Virus record (IMG/VR): IMGVR_UViG_3300026549_000006
Location: 46,926-66,925 of that record
Length of the DNA: 20,000 bases
Source of the DNA: an uncultured virus (IMG/VR IMGVR_UViG_3300026549_000006)
Taxonomy: Duplodnaviria > Heunggongvirae > Uroviricota > Caudoviricetes
Direction: 5' to 3' (one strand)
This document shows positions 7,475-15,229 of this stretch, one piece after another. The notes below the pieces were generated by a model. That model saw only the letters and a program-made list of their open reading frames with translations, was not told the origin of the DNA and did no database searches. Made by a program: the position numbers and the translations under genes. Numbering within the stretch: the stretch's first letter is position 1; the number at the start of each line of letters is the position of its first letter.

Positions 7475-7940
7475 AAATAAACCCATTTACACCTTACGTC
7501 TCACCGAACGTCAGGCCAAACTCCTCTCCTATGCCTGTGACAGATTCTCTCGCCTTATCTGCGGTCAGGACGGCTCTTTCCAAGAACTCATGGAAGAAGC
7601 GTGGGAAAAACGATGCAAAGAGGCCGTAGGCGGTCACGGCATGGATAAGGAATGGGATGGCGGCTGGAGCAATATGCGGCAGGATGCCGAAGCCATCTGC
7701 AAGCAGATAAAGAAACGCTTCTGGGGCTTGGATTGGAGAGCCCTTTACGGAGTTAAATACGATGACACAGCAGACATTTTATTCGATATACACTGCGTCA
7801 TTCGGCATCAACTGTGGATCGACCGTCCAGAAAGCGAGAAATCGCACATCACCGTCGATGCCTACCCCGCCATGCGGTTCGGTAGCGAGCCGTTGGCTGA
7901 AATCACGAAAGTTACAAACCCTAAAACTGAAAAGAAATAA
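7458..7940 (+). CDS. Hypothetical phage protein
   Basis: 160 aa ORF; TAATG-coupled to the next gene. Confidence 0.75.
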   Translation: MKKENENKPIYTLRLTERQAKLLSYACDRFSRLICGQDGSFQELMEEAWEKRCKEAVGGHGMDKEWDGGWSNMRQDAEAICKQIKKRFWGLDWRALYGVKYDDTADILFDIHCVIRHQLWIDRPESEKSHITVDAYPAMRFGSEPLAEITKVTNPKTEKK

Positions 7941-8272
7941 TGAGCAGGACGATTAATTTTTCAATTGACGACGGAGAAATTTTAATCATGCAGGACAAGA
8001 TAAACGCTGCCAAAATTATAGGCAGCACGATTAAAGTGTGGTTAAATAACGATACTTTGAATGAGTTTAATTACGAAAATAGAGAAAAGGCAAAAGAGGA
8101 TTTTGCCAAGTTTAAGAAATACCTAAACGAAGATGATGAAAAAATTATAAATGAAAAGTTTATTGACAAGGCTTGCGAATGGTTAAAGAAAAACCGTAAA
8201 AACTATTCCTCAAATGCTCTTGGGGAAGAATATCTTATTGATGACTTTAAAAAAGCAATGAAAGGAGAATAA
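7940..8272 (+). CDS. Hypothetical accessory protein
   Basis: 110 aa AT-rich ORF ending FIDKACEWLK...DDFKKAMKGE. Confidence 0.75.
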   Translation: MSRTINFSIDDGEILIMQDKINAAKIIGSTIKVWLNNDTLNEFNYENREKAKEDFAKFKKYLNEDDEKIINEKFIDKACEWLKKNRKNYSSNALGEEYLIDDFKKAMKGE

Positions 8273-8275
8273 ATT

Positions 8276-8686
8276 ATGACGGCAGAACAATTTATTAAAG
8301 ATTACACTCGGACTGATAGTAACGAGCTTATTGCCATTGAGGATATACACGGCAAGAAAGTAATATCCTATCATGAGTGGTTGACTCCTGAGCAAGCGCT
8401 TAGGGCTGTTGAATTAGGAAGAAACAACCTTTGGAAGCCTGCCGATGGTGATTACTTGCCAGAGATAGACAGGGAGGTTGTGGTCTTTATCCAGAACTTC
8501 CCTGAAGATGCTGGCATTATGAAAGTCGCTATAGCACATCGTCCTAACCCTAATGGGTGGGATGGAAGAAATATATTAACAGGAGAGGTAGACCACTACA
8601 CACCAAAAACCTATGATAAAGGTGGTTGGAACATACCTGATGTGAGGTGGTGGTTAGACTTAGATTTACCTAAAATGGAGGAATAA
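8276..8686 (+). CDS. Hypothetical protein, DUF551-like C-terminal part
   Basis: WK......LPE.DREVVV...VRWWLDL.LP resembles the DUF551 W..LP...VTHW.PLP pattern. Confidence 0.65.
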   Translation: MTAEQFIKDYTRTDSNELIAIEDIHGKKVISYHEWLTPEQALRAVELGRNNLWKPADGDYLPEIDREVVVFIQNFPEDAGIMKVAIAHRPNPNGWDGRNILTGEVDHYTPKTYDKGGWNIPDVRWWLDLDLPKMEE

Positions 8687-8689
8687 GTT

Positions 8690-8938
8690 ATGACGGACAA
8701 AGAGAAATTAGATGCTATAAGAGCAGAAATACATAGACTTGTAGATGTTAGAGGTTATGATAGAGGAATGGCAAATGACTTGTTTACTTTTATGGACTCA
8801 CTTCCAAATGAGCCTGTAAGCAATGACTTGGAGAAAGAAATTATACAAGTATCAAAAAATGAGTATTTTGATTTTACTGATTGGAAGTCTATTGCTCGTC
8901 ATTTCTATGAACTTGGACTAAAAGCAATGGAGGAATAA
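8690..8938 (+). CDS. Hypothetical accessory protein
   Basis: 82 aa ORF ending ARHFYELGLKAMEE. Confidence 0.7.
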   Translation: MTDKEKLDAIRAEIHRLVDVRGYDRGMANDLFTFMDSLPNEPVSNDLEKEIIQVSKNEYFDFTDWKSIARHFYELGLKAMEE

Positions 8939-8941
8939 GTT

Positions 8942-9166
8942 ATGACAAAAGAAGACTACATGAAGCTTTCAAAAGAGAGACTGGCTGAACTCTTAGTAGA
9001 AAGAGATTCAAAGCCAGTTATTCCTATTTCCATTGGGACTTATCGCCCTTCCTGTTATGAAGGTGGCCCATGTACCAACCCATTTCACGATTGTATAAAC
9101 TGCCCACACCAAAATAGTGACGGAACTTATACAACTAATACATCAATGACTATTAAAACGCAATAA
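8942..9166 (+). CDS. Small Cys-cluster protein
   Basis: CYEGGPCTNPFHDCINCP (four Cys). Confidence 0.7.
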   Translation: MTKEDYMKLSKERLAELLVERDSKPVIPISIGTYRPSCYEGGPCTNPFHDCINCPHQNSDGTYTTNTSMTIKTQ

Positions 9167-9168
9167 TC

Positions 9169-9294
9169 ATGGAAGTATTAGAGATAGTAAAATACCTATG
9201 TGAGTTCTTCTTCACTAACTTTTGGCATTGGTTAGGGCTTATTATAGTCCTTGCTATTGTTAGTGGCTCAACCCTTATCAAAATCGAAAAATAG
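9169..9294 (+). CDS. Small membrane protein, CEFFF family copy 1 (41 aa)
   Basis: MEVLEIVKYLCEFFFTNFWHWLGLIIVLAIVSGSTLIKIEK; two paralogues elsewhere in the window. Confidence 0.75.
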   Translation: MEVLEIVKYLCEFFFTNFWHWLGLIIVLAIVSGSTLIKIEK

Positions 9295-9306
9295 GAGGAG
9301 TAGTCT

Positions 9307-9459
9307 ATGAATATCATCAAGAGATTATTCTGCAAGCATGACTATGAATTTGTCCGTAATATCTATGGCGATGAAATTAGGTATTTAGGATGGAAGCGTA
9401 GTGTGTGGAAATGTAGTAAATGCGGTAAGATTAAGTATTCAGAACATCTAAAAGAATAA
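9307..9459 (+). CDS. Small putative Zn-ribbon protein, DUF1660-like (50 aa)
   Basis: MNIIKRLFCKHDYEFVRNIYGDEIRYLGWKRSVWKCSKCGKIKYSEHLKE has a CxH...CxxC pattern. Confidence 0.7.
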   Translation: MNIIKRLFCKHDYEFVRNIYGDEIRYLGWKRSVWKCSKCGKIKYSEHLKE

Positions 9460-9462
9460 GTT

Positions 9463-9864
9463 ATGAAAGCAAATGAATTAATGGTTGGTGATTATGTCAC
9501 TGTAACACCGAGTGGCATGCTTATCCAAGTAGCTGCCACACATAAAAGGAAGGTAGCCTATCATGCCTGTACAAGTAAACTATCATGGGTAAGAGAAGGA
9601 CTATTAAGACCAATACCACTCACACTAGAAATATTTGAAAAGATAGGTTTTATGTCATTTTTTGCTTCGCAATTTATCTTACCTGTTGAGAGCACAGAAA
9701 TCTGTGTAATTATTGCTCCAATGGCAGGACTTCCAAATGCAAATGCTGAATGGATAGTGTCTATCAAAAACGGCTATACAGATGTAAAAATTCCAATAAC
9801 CTATATCCATGAACTTCAGCATGCATTGAAAATTTGTGGAATTAAAAAAGAGATTAAGTTATGA
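9463..9864 (+). CDS. Hypothetical phage protein
   Basis: MKANELMVGDYV...PIPLTLEI...YIHELQHALKICG. Confidence 0.75.
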   Translation: MKANELMVGDYVTVTPSGMLIQVAATHKRKVAYHACTSKLSWVREGLLRPIPLTLEIFEKIGFMSFFASQFILPVESTEICVIIAPMAGLPNANAEWIVSIKNGYTDVKIPITYIHELQHALKICGIKKEIKL

Positions 9865-10196
9865 AAAGTTATACAGATTTAGAGCAGTCCAAGAAGTTGG
9901 CAGAGATACTACCGATAGAAAGTGCGGATATGTTCTATTATAAAGACGCAGTAACAAAAGAAGATAATCCTCGGGTTATGGATTACTCGCAAGTACCTAA
10001 GAACAAAAGTATGTATTATACTCCTTGTTGGAGTTTTGCTGCATTGTTTAAAGTTTTGCCATCATCTACATTAGATAGTTCTAATGACCACTATTATAGG
10101 CTGCATTGCATGGAAAGATTCACTGAATGGTATGACAATCCTGTTGATGCTTGCGTGGAAATGATTATTAAACTCAATGAATTAAACTTGCTGTAA
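9861..10196 (+). CDS. Hypothetical phage protein
   Basis: MKSYTDLEQSKKL...PCWS...NPVDACVEMI; ATGA coupling. Confidence 0.75.
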   Translation: MKSYTDLEQSKKLAEILPIESADMFYYKDAVTKEDNPRVMDYSQVPKNKSMYYTPCWSFAALFKVLPSSTLDSSNDHYYRLHCMERFTEWYDNPVDACVEMIIKLNELNLL

Positions 10197-10202
10197 TATT
10201 AT

Positions 10203-10293
10203 AATAACCCACTATCCTATTCCAAGTATGACCTCTTAGGTAGAGCTTACGGTGTGTGGATAAAGACGCTTGGTAAAACCACACTGGGTTATT
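10203..10293 (+). ncRNA. Candidate three-way-junction RNA with kissing loops
   Basis: Stems AATAACCCA/TGGGTTATT, CTA(T)CCTA/TAGGTAG and GTGTGG/CCACAC; loop-loop complement CCAAGT/GCTTGG. Confidence 0.4.
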
Positions 10294-10324
10294 TTAAATC
10301 TCGCGAACTTAAAATGTTGTGATT

Positions 10325-10444
10325 ATGGAAATAGCTAAGTATTTATGTGAATTTTTCTTCTGTGATTGGGTGCATTATCTTCAGTTGGTATTGATTTTTG
10401 CAGTAGCATCAAGTAGTAGCACAGTAAACATCAGGAGAAAATGA
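10325..10444 (+). CDS. Small membrane protein, CEFFF family copy 2 (39 aa)
   Basis: MEIAKYLCEFFFCDWVHYLQLVLIFAVASSSSTVNIRRK. Confidence 0.7.
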   Translation: MEIAKYLCEFFFCDWVHYLQLVLIFAVASSSSTVNIRRK

Positions 10445-10496
10445 AAGCATCCGAATGTAGATTTAAGTTAGAAGAAATTGATAAAAAGTATAAGAA

Positions 10497-10700
10497 ATGA
10501 AGAAAATTGAAAGAATAAAGGACAAGGTTATCATTGCCCTCGTGTATCTGATAACCATCACCCTCGCAGTCCTCCTGCTGATGAGCTGTAATGCACGAAT
10601 TGAAAACTCCACCTCCAAACGTTGTTATTGCAACCAAGATAGCATCAAGGCGTACATACAGCAGGAAGTCTCCAAACAACTCACCGAAATCTACGACTAA
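10497..10700 (+). CDS. Putative lipoprotein
   Basis: Basic N-terminus, hydrophobic stretch and lipobox-like LMSC. Confidence 0.6.
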   Translation: MKKIERIKDKVIIALVYLITITLAVLLLMSCNARIENSTSKRCYCNQDSIKAYIQQEVSKQLTEIYD

Positions 10701-10701
10701 T

Positions 10702-10980
10702 ATGAACCAGAACAAAATCATCCAAGCAACACAAGTCGATGAAAGGTGTCTCAGTGACATCTACCGCCTACCGTGCGTGTATCAGATAGCAAAGCAATAT
10801 CCTATCGGTATAGACACTTGCGAGAAGGAATTGACATCGACGTATCGCAACATCGTTCTCGTAAACACCGGAGCCAATGAAGTTACCGATATGGCCGTCG
10901 ATACCGACTGGCTCTGCCAACTGCAAGACGGTACGTGGAAAGTACTCACAGACGAGCAGTATAAAAAGATTAGCAAGTAG
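10702..10980 (+). CDS. Hypothetical protein
   Basis: ATG 10702 (MNQNKII...) lies 1 nt after the previous stop; last gene of the + arm. Confidence 0.65.
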   Translation: MNQNKIIQATQVDERCLSDIYRLPCVYQIAKQYPIGIDTCEKELTSTYRNIVLVNTGANEVTDMAVDTDWLCQLQDGTWKVLTDEQYKKISK

Positions 10981-11103
10981 AACCATATATGATTGATTCT
11001 TTATTATATTTGTATTAGTTGCACTCAGCGGAGTGCGTGAATTGAAACGTCCGTGAGGATAGACTAAGTGTACATAGGCTTTAATGATTGTTTAAGATGA
11101 AGC

Positions 11104-11141
11104 AGCCCCACCCGTCCGTGATGGATAGGTGGGGCTTTTTT
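11104..11141 (+). terminator. Intrinsic terminator where the + and - arms converge
   Basis: AGCCCCACC...GGTGGGGCT stem followed by a T-tract. Confidence 0.8.
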
Positions 11142-11161
11142 GCGTTCTGTATGTTGCGATA

Positions 11162-11572
11162 TTATCGCAGCTCCCTGCACCTCGGACACAGCACCCAAGC
11201 CGCAGCAGGCCATAGCAGCCGGCCCAACTCACCCGACAGGTACGCCGATTCCTCGCTCTTCGGGTCTACGCCGTAGTAGTTGCTGATGTGCTCCACAATG
11301 TGCTTCTTCTCGTGGTCGATGGAGTCGTACATCTGCGAGGCATCCGTTGCCCTGCTGATGAACACCAGCGAGAACTTTCCCACGTAGTCCGTCAGCGTGT
11401 AGCCACTGTCGGGCTGCGAGAGCGTCATGCAAATCTCCTGTGCCTTGTAATCCGAGACACCCACGGAAAGCAGAGACTCGTACACCTCGTTCAAGTCCCT
11501 CTCTCCGTCGATGTCGAACGTCGCCATCACCCACCAGTCGCGCCTTCCGAGCCAAAAACCAGTCTGCACCAT
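11162..11572 (-). CDS. HExxH zinc metallopeptidase-like protein
   Basis: SIDHEKKHIVEHI...SEESAYLSG (HExxH plus downstream E..AY). Confidence 0.65.
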   Translation of the reverse strand: MVQTGFWLGRRDWWVMATFDIDGERDLNEVYESLLSVGVSDYKAQEICMTLSQPDSGYTLTDYVGKFSLVFISRATDASQMYDSIDHEKKHIVEHISNYYGVDPKSEESAYLSGELGRLLWPAAAWVLCPRCRELR

Positions 11573-11579
11573 AAGCCCG

Positions 11580-11984
11580 TCAGATAAAGCGTTCCCAATG
11601 AATCGGCATGTTCTTCAAGTCCATCTTGGCGCAGAAGCAGGCAAGCACAGCTTCCGGGCAACCGTCAGGGTCGTTGATGGTCTCGTCAATGTACTTCGCC
11701 TTCACCTCCTTCGTCGGCAGGCTCTCCTCGTAGTCGGCCTTAATCATGTTGGCGAGATACAGCACATCGTAGATGCACTCCTCGGGAATCTTGATGCCCT
11801 GCTGCTTCATCATCTCCTCCACCTCTTCAAGCGGTATGGGCGTGATGGCCTTCATCTTTCCCGTCGATTCATCCTTCTTCTCCATCATAGAGATGGCCCA
11901 GTCAGCCAGTTTCTTCGAGAAGTGACCTTTAAATTTTTCTTGGTACTGTGCCTCTGCCTCTGAAATAATATATCGTACTTCCAT
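11580..11984 (-). CDS. Hypothetical alpha-helical protein of the CCC operon
   Basis: GHFSKKLADWAISMM...YLANMIKADY...IHWERFI. Confidence 0.8.
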   Translation of the reverse strand: MEVRYIISEAEAQYQEKFKGHFSKKLADWAISMMEKKDESTGKMKAITPIPLEEVEEMMKQQGIKIPEECIYDVLYLANMIKADYEESLPTKEVKAKYIDETINDPDGCPEAVLACFCAKMDLKNMPIHWERFI

Positions 11985-12062
11985 ATTTTCTATTTCTTTC
12001 CAATTCTTTAAACATTGGAAAGGATGAGGTGCATTCTTCGCACCCCATCCCGTCCTCCCAGC

Positions 12063-12299
12063 CTACATGTAGCGTCCGCGAGAGTCGCGCATGCGCCGCC
12101 AGTTCTCATCCTGCTCGTGGTCACGGAATCCGTGCTCGTAGCCGGTGCGGTAGCCCTCGTCGTACTCGTTGTCACGGTAGTTGCCCATGCGAGGGGCATC
12201 ATCTACTCTGTACCCTCCGTTCATGCGACGGTACATCTCTTCACGGCGATAGCCGTCTTCCTTGTGCTTGTCATCGACAATGATAAAATGTCTGCCCAT
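12063..12299 (-). CDS. Low-complexity R/D/E/G/Y-rich protein
   Basis: 78 aa; contains EGYRTGYEHG and ends RRMRDSRGRYM. Confidence 0.75.
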   Translation of the reverse strand: MGRHFIIVDDKHKEDGYRREEMYRRMNGGYRVDDAPRMGNYRDNEYDEGYRTGYEHGFRDHEQDENWRRMRDSRGRYM

Positions 12300-12326
12300 A
12301 GTTATAATCGTGTGTTTATAGGATTC

Positions 12327-12854
12327 CTACTTCTTGGTCGAGGGGTTCGTCAGTTCCTTCATAAACGCAAGAATCTGGTCGAGCTTCGAGTCGGTTTCGC
12401 GACGATGCTCCACGAGTTCCTTGATGGTACGGTCGCGCTGCTTCTCGTCAGCGTAGCGCGGATTCAGCACCTCCATGAACCTCTCGCCCTCAGCAAGCAC
12501 CATCTTGTTGTAGCCTTCGCGCTCCAACTCTGCCTTCGATGCCTGCATCATCGCATCCACGGCCTGCATCATAGCCTGTGTACTACCCGTGTAAGTCACA
12601 TTGCCCTTGGCGGCAATCTCCACGTTCACAGGCACGTCGGGTATCACTCTGTCCGCGCCGTCTATCGTCGCCACAATTCTTACCATCTGCTGTGCCCCCA
12701 TGCCGTTCATGGCTGTCGGCACGGCCTGGAACTGATACTGCGGCTGCTGAACCACCTTTTCTTTCACGGTGCCTACTTCAAGAATAGGCTTCTGACCCTC
12801 GCGCTTAGTGAGGATGTAGAACGGACTACCCGCTCCAAGACTGTTGAAATCCAT
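12327..12854 (-). CDS. Hypothetical protein with C-terminal coiled coil
   Basis: 175 aa; beta-rich N-terminal half, helical C-terminal half. Confidence 0.8.
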   Translation of the reverse strand: MDFNSLGAGSPFYILTKREGQKPILEVGTVKEKVVQQPQYQFQAVPTAMNGMGAQQMVRIVATIDGADRVIPDVPVNVEIAAKGNVTYTGSTQAMMQAVDAMMQASKAELEREGYNKMVLAEGERFMEVLNPRYADEKQRDRTIKELVEHRRETDSKLDQILAFMKELTNPSTKK

Positions 12855-12889
12855 AGTTGTTTACTTTTTTGGTTGTTACTTTCCTTCGC

Positions 12890-13231
12890 TCACACAATAG
12901 TACGCGACATCAATGCCAGCGTGCCGTTGAAGCGGTCATTGAAAACGAGGAACACGTTCGTGGCAAGTACGTCTGCCACGGTCACAGCCGTTCCGTTGGG
13001 AAGCGTCAGATTGCGTGTCACTCCGTTCATTGTCAGCGTAACGGGCAGCGTGGTCGTGGCATCAGCAGGAATGGCATTCTCCATGTGAACGGTGAAATAG
13101 CCAATCGGCTGAATGCGACGGAAACCAAGTGCGATGTCTACCGTCTCTGTGCCTACAGTCACATTGGTATTGCTGATATAAGGAATACCACCCGCATTCG
13201 TCGTTATATTGCAGTTACAATTACAACTCAT
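12890..13231 (-). CDS. Small beta-rich protein with CxCxC N-terminus
   Basis: MSCNCNCN...; rich in T/V/N. Confidence 0.8.
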   Translation of the reverse strand: MSCNCNCNITTNAGGIPYISNTNVTVGTETVDIALGFRRIQPIGYFTVHMENAIPADATTTLPVTLTMNGVTRNLTLPNGTAVTVADVLATNVFLVFNDRFNGTLALMSRTIV

Positions 13232-13254
13232 ACTCTTACCTCCTATTTCCTTAA

Positions 13255-14208
13255 TCAGAATACCAAGTTACCATTGCCGAAGCCGTTCCATCCCTGTCCG
13301 TAGAAACCGCCGCTCACATAGGGGCTGGCATTCACGGCAACAAGGTTCGGGTACTCCACTTGGACCGTGTTCGGCATTTTGCATTTTATGTCGTCAACCT
13401 CCTTGGCGAGACCGGCGAGCTGTGCGTTCAGCGGAGCGACGGCCTGCTGCACGATGCCTGCGGTGAAGTTCTGCGACTTCAGCGTGGCAATCTCTGCATC
13501 CTTGGCAGCGAGCTCACGATCCTTGCGGCTCGACTCCATAGCGTCAATCTTATTGTCGAGCGAGAGGTAGTTGCGGTTCATCGTGTCCGTGAGAGCATAC
13601 GTCTGCTGGCACATGGCGAGCTGGTCGGAAGCGGCCTTGGCGGCAACCTGCTGACCTACGCCGTTGATGCTGTTCTGAAGAGCATTGGTCTGCTGACACA
13701 TAGCCAGTTGGTTCTGGCAGCAGCACTGCTGGAACTGCGAGGCGAGGCTTGCGTCGCCTGACTGGATGGCGTTGACGATCTGCAAGGCATTCACGCCCTG
13801 TGCGTTGGCAATCTGGTTCAGAGCGTTCTGCACGTTCTGCACACCTGCGTTCACGAGGTTGAAGTCCTGACCCAGCATCGTGCTCAGAGTCTGGATAGCC
13901 GTACGGCTTGCTTCGCCCTGATTGGTCACTGCCTGCATGATGAGCTCGCGGCCGGCGTCGTTGTTGATTTGGTTCGAGAGGAAGCCAGCGGCACCATTGC
14001 CGTTGCCACCGAAACCGTTACCCCAGCCACCGTTGCCCCAGCCGAACATCGAGGCGATGATGGCAAGGCCGAAAAGGTCAGCGATGCTGTTGAATCCGCT
14101 ACCATTACCGAAGAAGCCATTGCCTCCGAAACCACCCACGGGAATGCTGAAAGGAATCCCGTTGTTTCCACCGTTGTTGCTGTCGGGGATAGAATAAATT
14201 TCTGCCAT
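13255..14208 (-). CDS. Gly/Asn-rich, membrane-segment, CCC coiled-coil protein
   Basis: GN-rich N-terminus flanking LFGLAIIASMFGW; Q/N/A heptads with QQCCCQ; C-terminal GFGNG. Confidence 0.85.
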   Translation of the reverse strand: MAEIYSIPDSNNGGNNGIPFSIPVGGFGGNGFFGNGSGFNSIADLFGLAIIASMFGWGNGGWGNGFGGNGNGAAGFLSNQINNDAGRELIMQAVTNQGEASRTAIQTLSTMLGQDFNLVNAGVQNVQNALNQIANAQGVNALQIVNAIQSGDASLASQFQQCCCQNQLAMCQQTNALQNSINGVGQQVAAKAASDQLAMCQQTYALTDTMNRNYLSLDNKIDAMESSRKDRELAAKDAEIATLKSQNFTAGIVQQAVAPLNAQLAGLAKEVDDIKCKMPNTVQVEYPNLVAVNASPYVSGGFYGQGWNGFGNGNLVF

Positions 14209-14299
14209 AAAAGTTTAGTTTTTGTGTTGTTTGAAACTTTGTTCCGTATGCCGCGTTTTACATCCGCAGCTCCGTAGTTGTCATCGCGCTCTGACACCT

Positions 14300-14331
14300 C
14301 AAAGTTACACATTTCGCCACCGTGTAGCAAG
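14300..14331 (-). promoter_or_regulatory. Promoter for the CCC operon (CTTG-N20-TAACTTTG)
   Basis: CAAAGTTA at 14300-14307 and CAAG at 14328-14331 on +; ~90 nt upstream of ATG 14208. Confidence 0.55.
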
Positions 14332-14341
14332 GTTTTTCTTG

Positions 14342-14587
14342 CTATTCCTCTGCACCTATCTTGCAGTCCTTCGATAGCCTTCTTATCAGGTAATACACCT
14401 TCCTTTCGCTGATTCCGTATCGCTCAGAAAGTATCGTTACTGCATAGCTCGTCTTGCCGCCGCTGTCAATGATTCTCTTGTATTCCTCATACATCTCGAC
14501 GTATTTGTAATCATCAATCTTGATGCACGATTCTTGCAGTGTTTTCAACATTTCTTTGCCTAATTTCAGAACTTCTACTACTTTCAT
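14342..14587 (-). CDS. Mor-like / HTH DNA-binding protein
   Basis: C-terminal LSERYGISERKVYYLIRR helix-turn-helix. Confidence 0.75.
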   Translation of the reverse strand: MKVVEVLKLGKEMLKTLQESCIKIDDYKYVEMYEEYKRIIDSGGKTSYAVTILSERYGISERKVYYLIRRLSKDCKIGAEE

Positions 14588-14597
14588 TGGTGCAAAT

Positions 14598-14629
14598 TTT
14601 GGTTGTTAGATAATTATTTGTTATCTTTG
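14598..14629 (+). promoter_or_regulatory. Consensus Bacteroidota promoter TTTG-N20-TATCTTTG
   Basis: TTTG at 14598-14601 and TATCTTTG at 14622-14629. Confidence 0.75.
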
Positions 14630-14634
14630 CACCC

Positions 14635-14805
14635 GTCACCACCCTTACGACATAAAGCCCTATCAAGAGTGTCCGGGAACATATATCCCCCGACGCGCTC
14701 CTGATAGGGCATCGTGTCAAGTGGGTGGTGCTACTTTAACGAAAGTCGGGGGAACTTCAACCCCCTTAGTGGGGAGCAGGGTGACAGCGGTCGCCCTGCT
14801 TTTTT
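14635..14805 (+). ncRNA. Small RNA with long hairpin and 9-bp pseudoknot
   Basis: Own promoter and terminator; stems CACCACCC/GGGTGGTG, GACAT/GTGTC, GCCCTATCA/TGATAGGGC, GAGTGT/GCGCTC; loop TCCCCCGAC complements GTCGGGGGA. Confidence 0.7.
14775..14805 (+). terminator. Intrinsic terminator of the small RNA
   Basis: AGCAGGGTGAC-AGCG-GTCGCCCTGCT followed by TTTTT. Confidence 0.8.
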
Positions 14806-14839
14806 GTTGCTCTTTATTGCGACACCGTCGCAATAATCA

Positions 14840-15208
14840 CTACTTTTGTTCCGTCCCTTCCTCTTGCGATTCCATTGCAAGTTTCTTCCCCTCTTCCTCC
14901 ATCTTCTTCAGCTGCTCCTCCAGATACTTCATGCTGCTTGAAGGAGCGTTCCATGTGTGGCAGAACACACTTGCCATCCCCTGAAGCATCCCATAGTCAG
15001 GCACCGTGATGTTATCCACATCCTCAAACACCCGCATGTTCAGCACATTCAGGTAAAGCTCCATTGCGATCTTCTGATTCTTCAGCAGCAGCCTTGTGTT
15101 GTCACTCAGCTTGTAGTATTCCTCGCTGTTGATAAACTCCACCAGCTTCACAAACTTCTCTTTCAATTCCTTCTGTTCCACCAGAAGTCTAACTTTCCAA
15201 TCTTCCAT
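14840..15208 (-). CDS. crAss001_48-like helical protein with C-terminal extension
   Basis: W..RL..E..EL..K..KL..FI.....Y.KL......LL..Q...M..Y..VL..R pattern; ATG 15208 preferred. Confidence 0.65.
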   Translation of the reverse strand: MEDWKVRLLVEQKELKEKFVKLVEFINSEEYYKLSDNTRLLLKNQKIAMELYLNVLNMRVFEDVDNITVPDYGMLQGMASVFCHTWNAPSSSMKYLEEQLKKMEEEGKKLAMESQEEGTEQK

Positions 15209-15229
15209 ACTTAACACATTATTTAATTA

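Noticed and set aside
10441..10500. 19-aa ORF MKASECRFKLEEIDKKYKK coupled by ATGA at both ends
   Set aside because: Too short to support; possibly a gene remnant that only preserves translational coupling.
12015..13088. 357-aa plus-strand ORF
   Set aside because: Antisense to three well-packed minus-strand genes; a by-product of GC-rich codon use.
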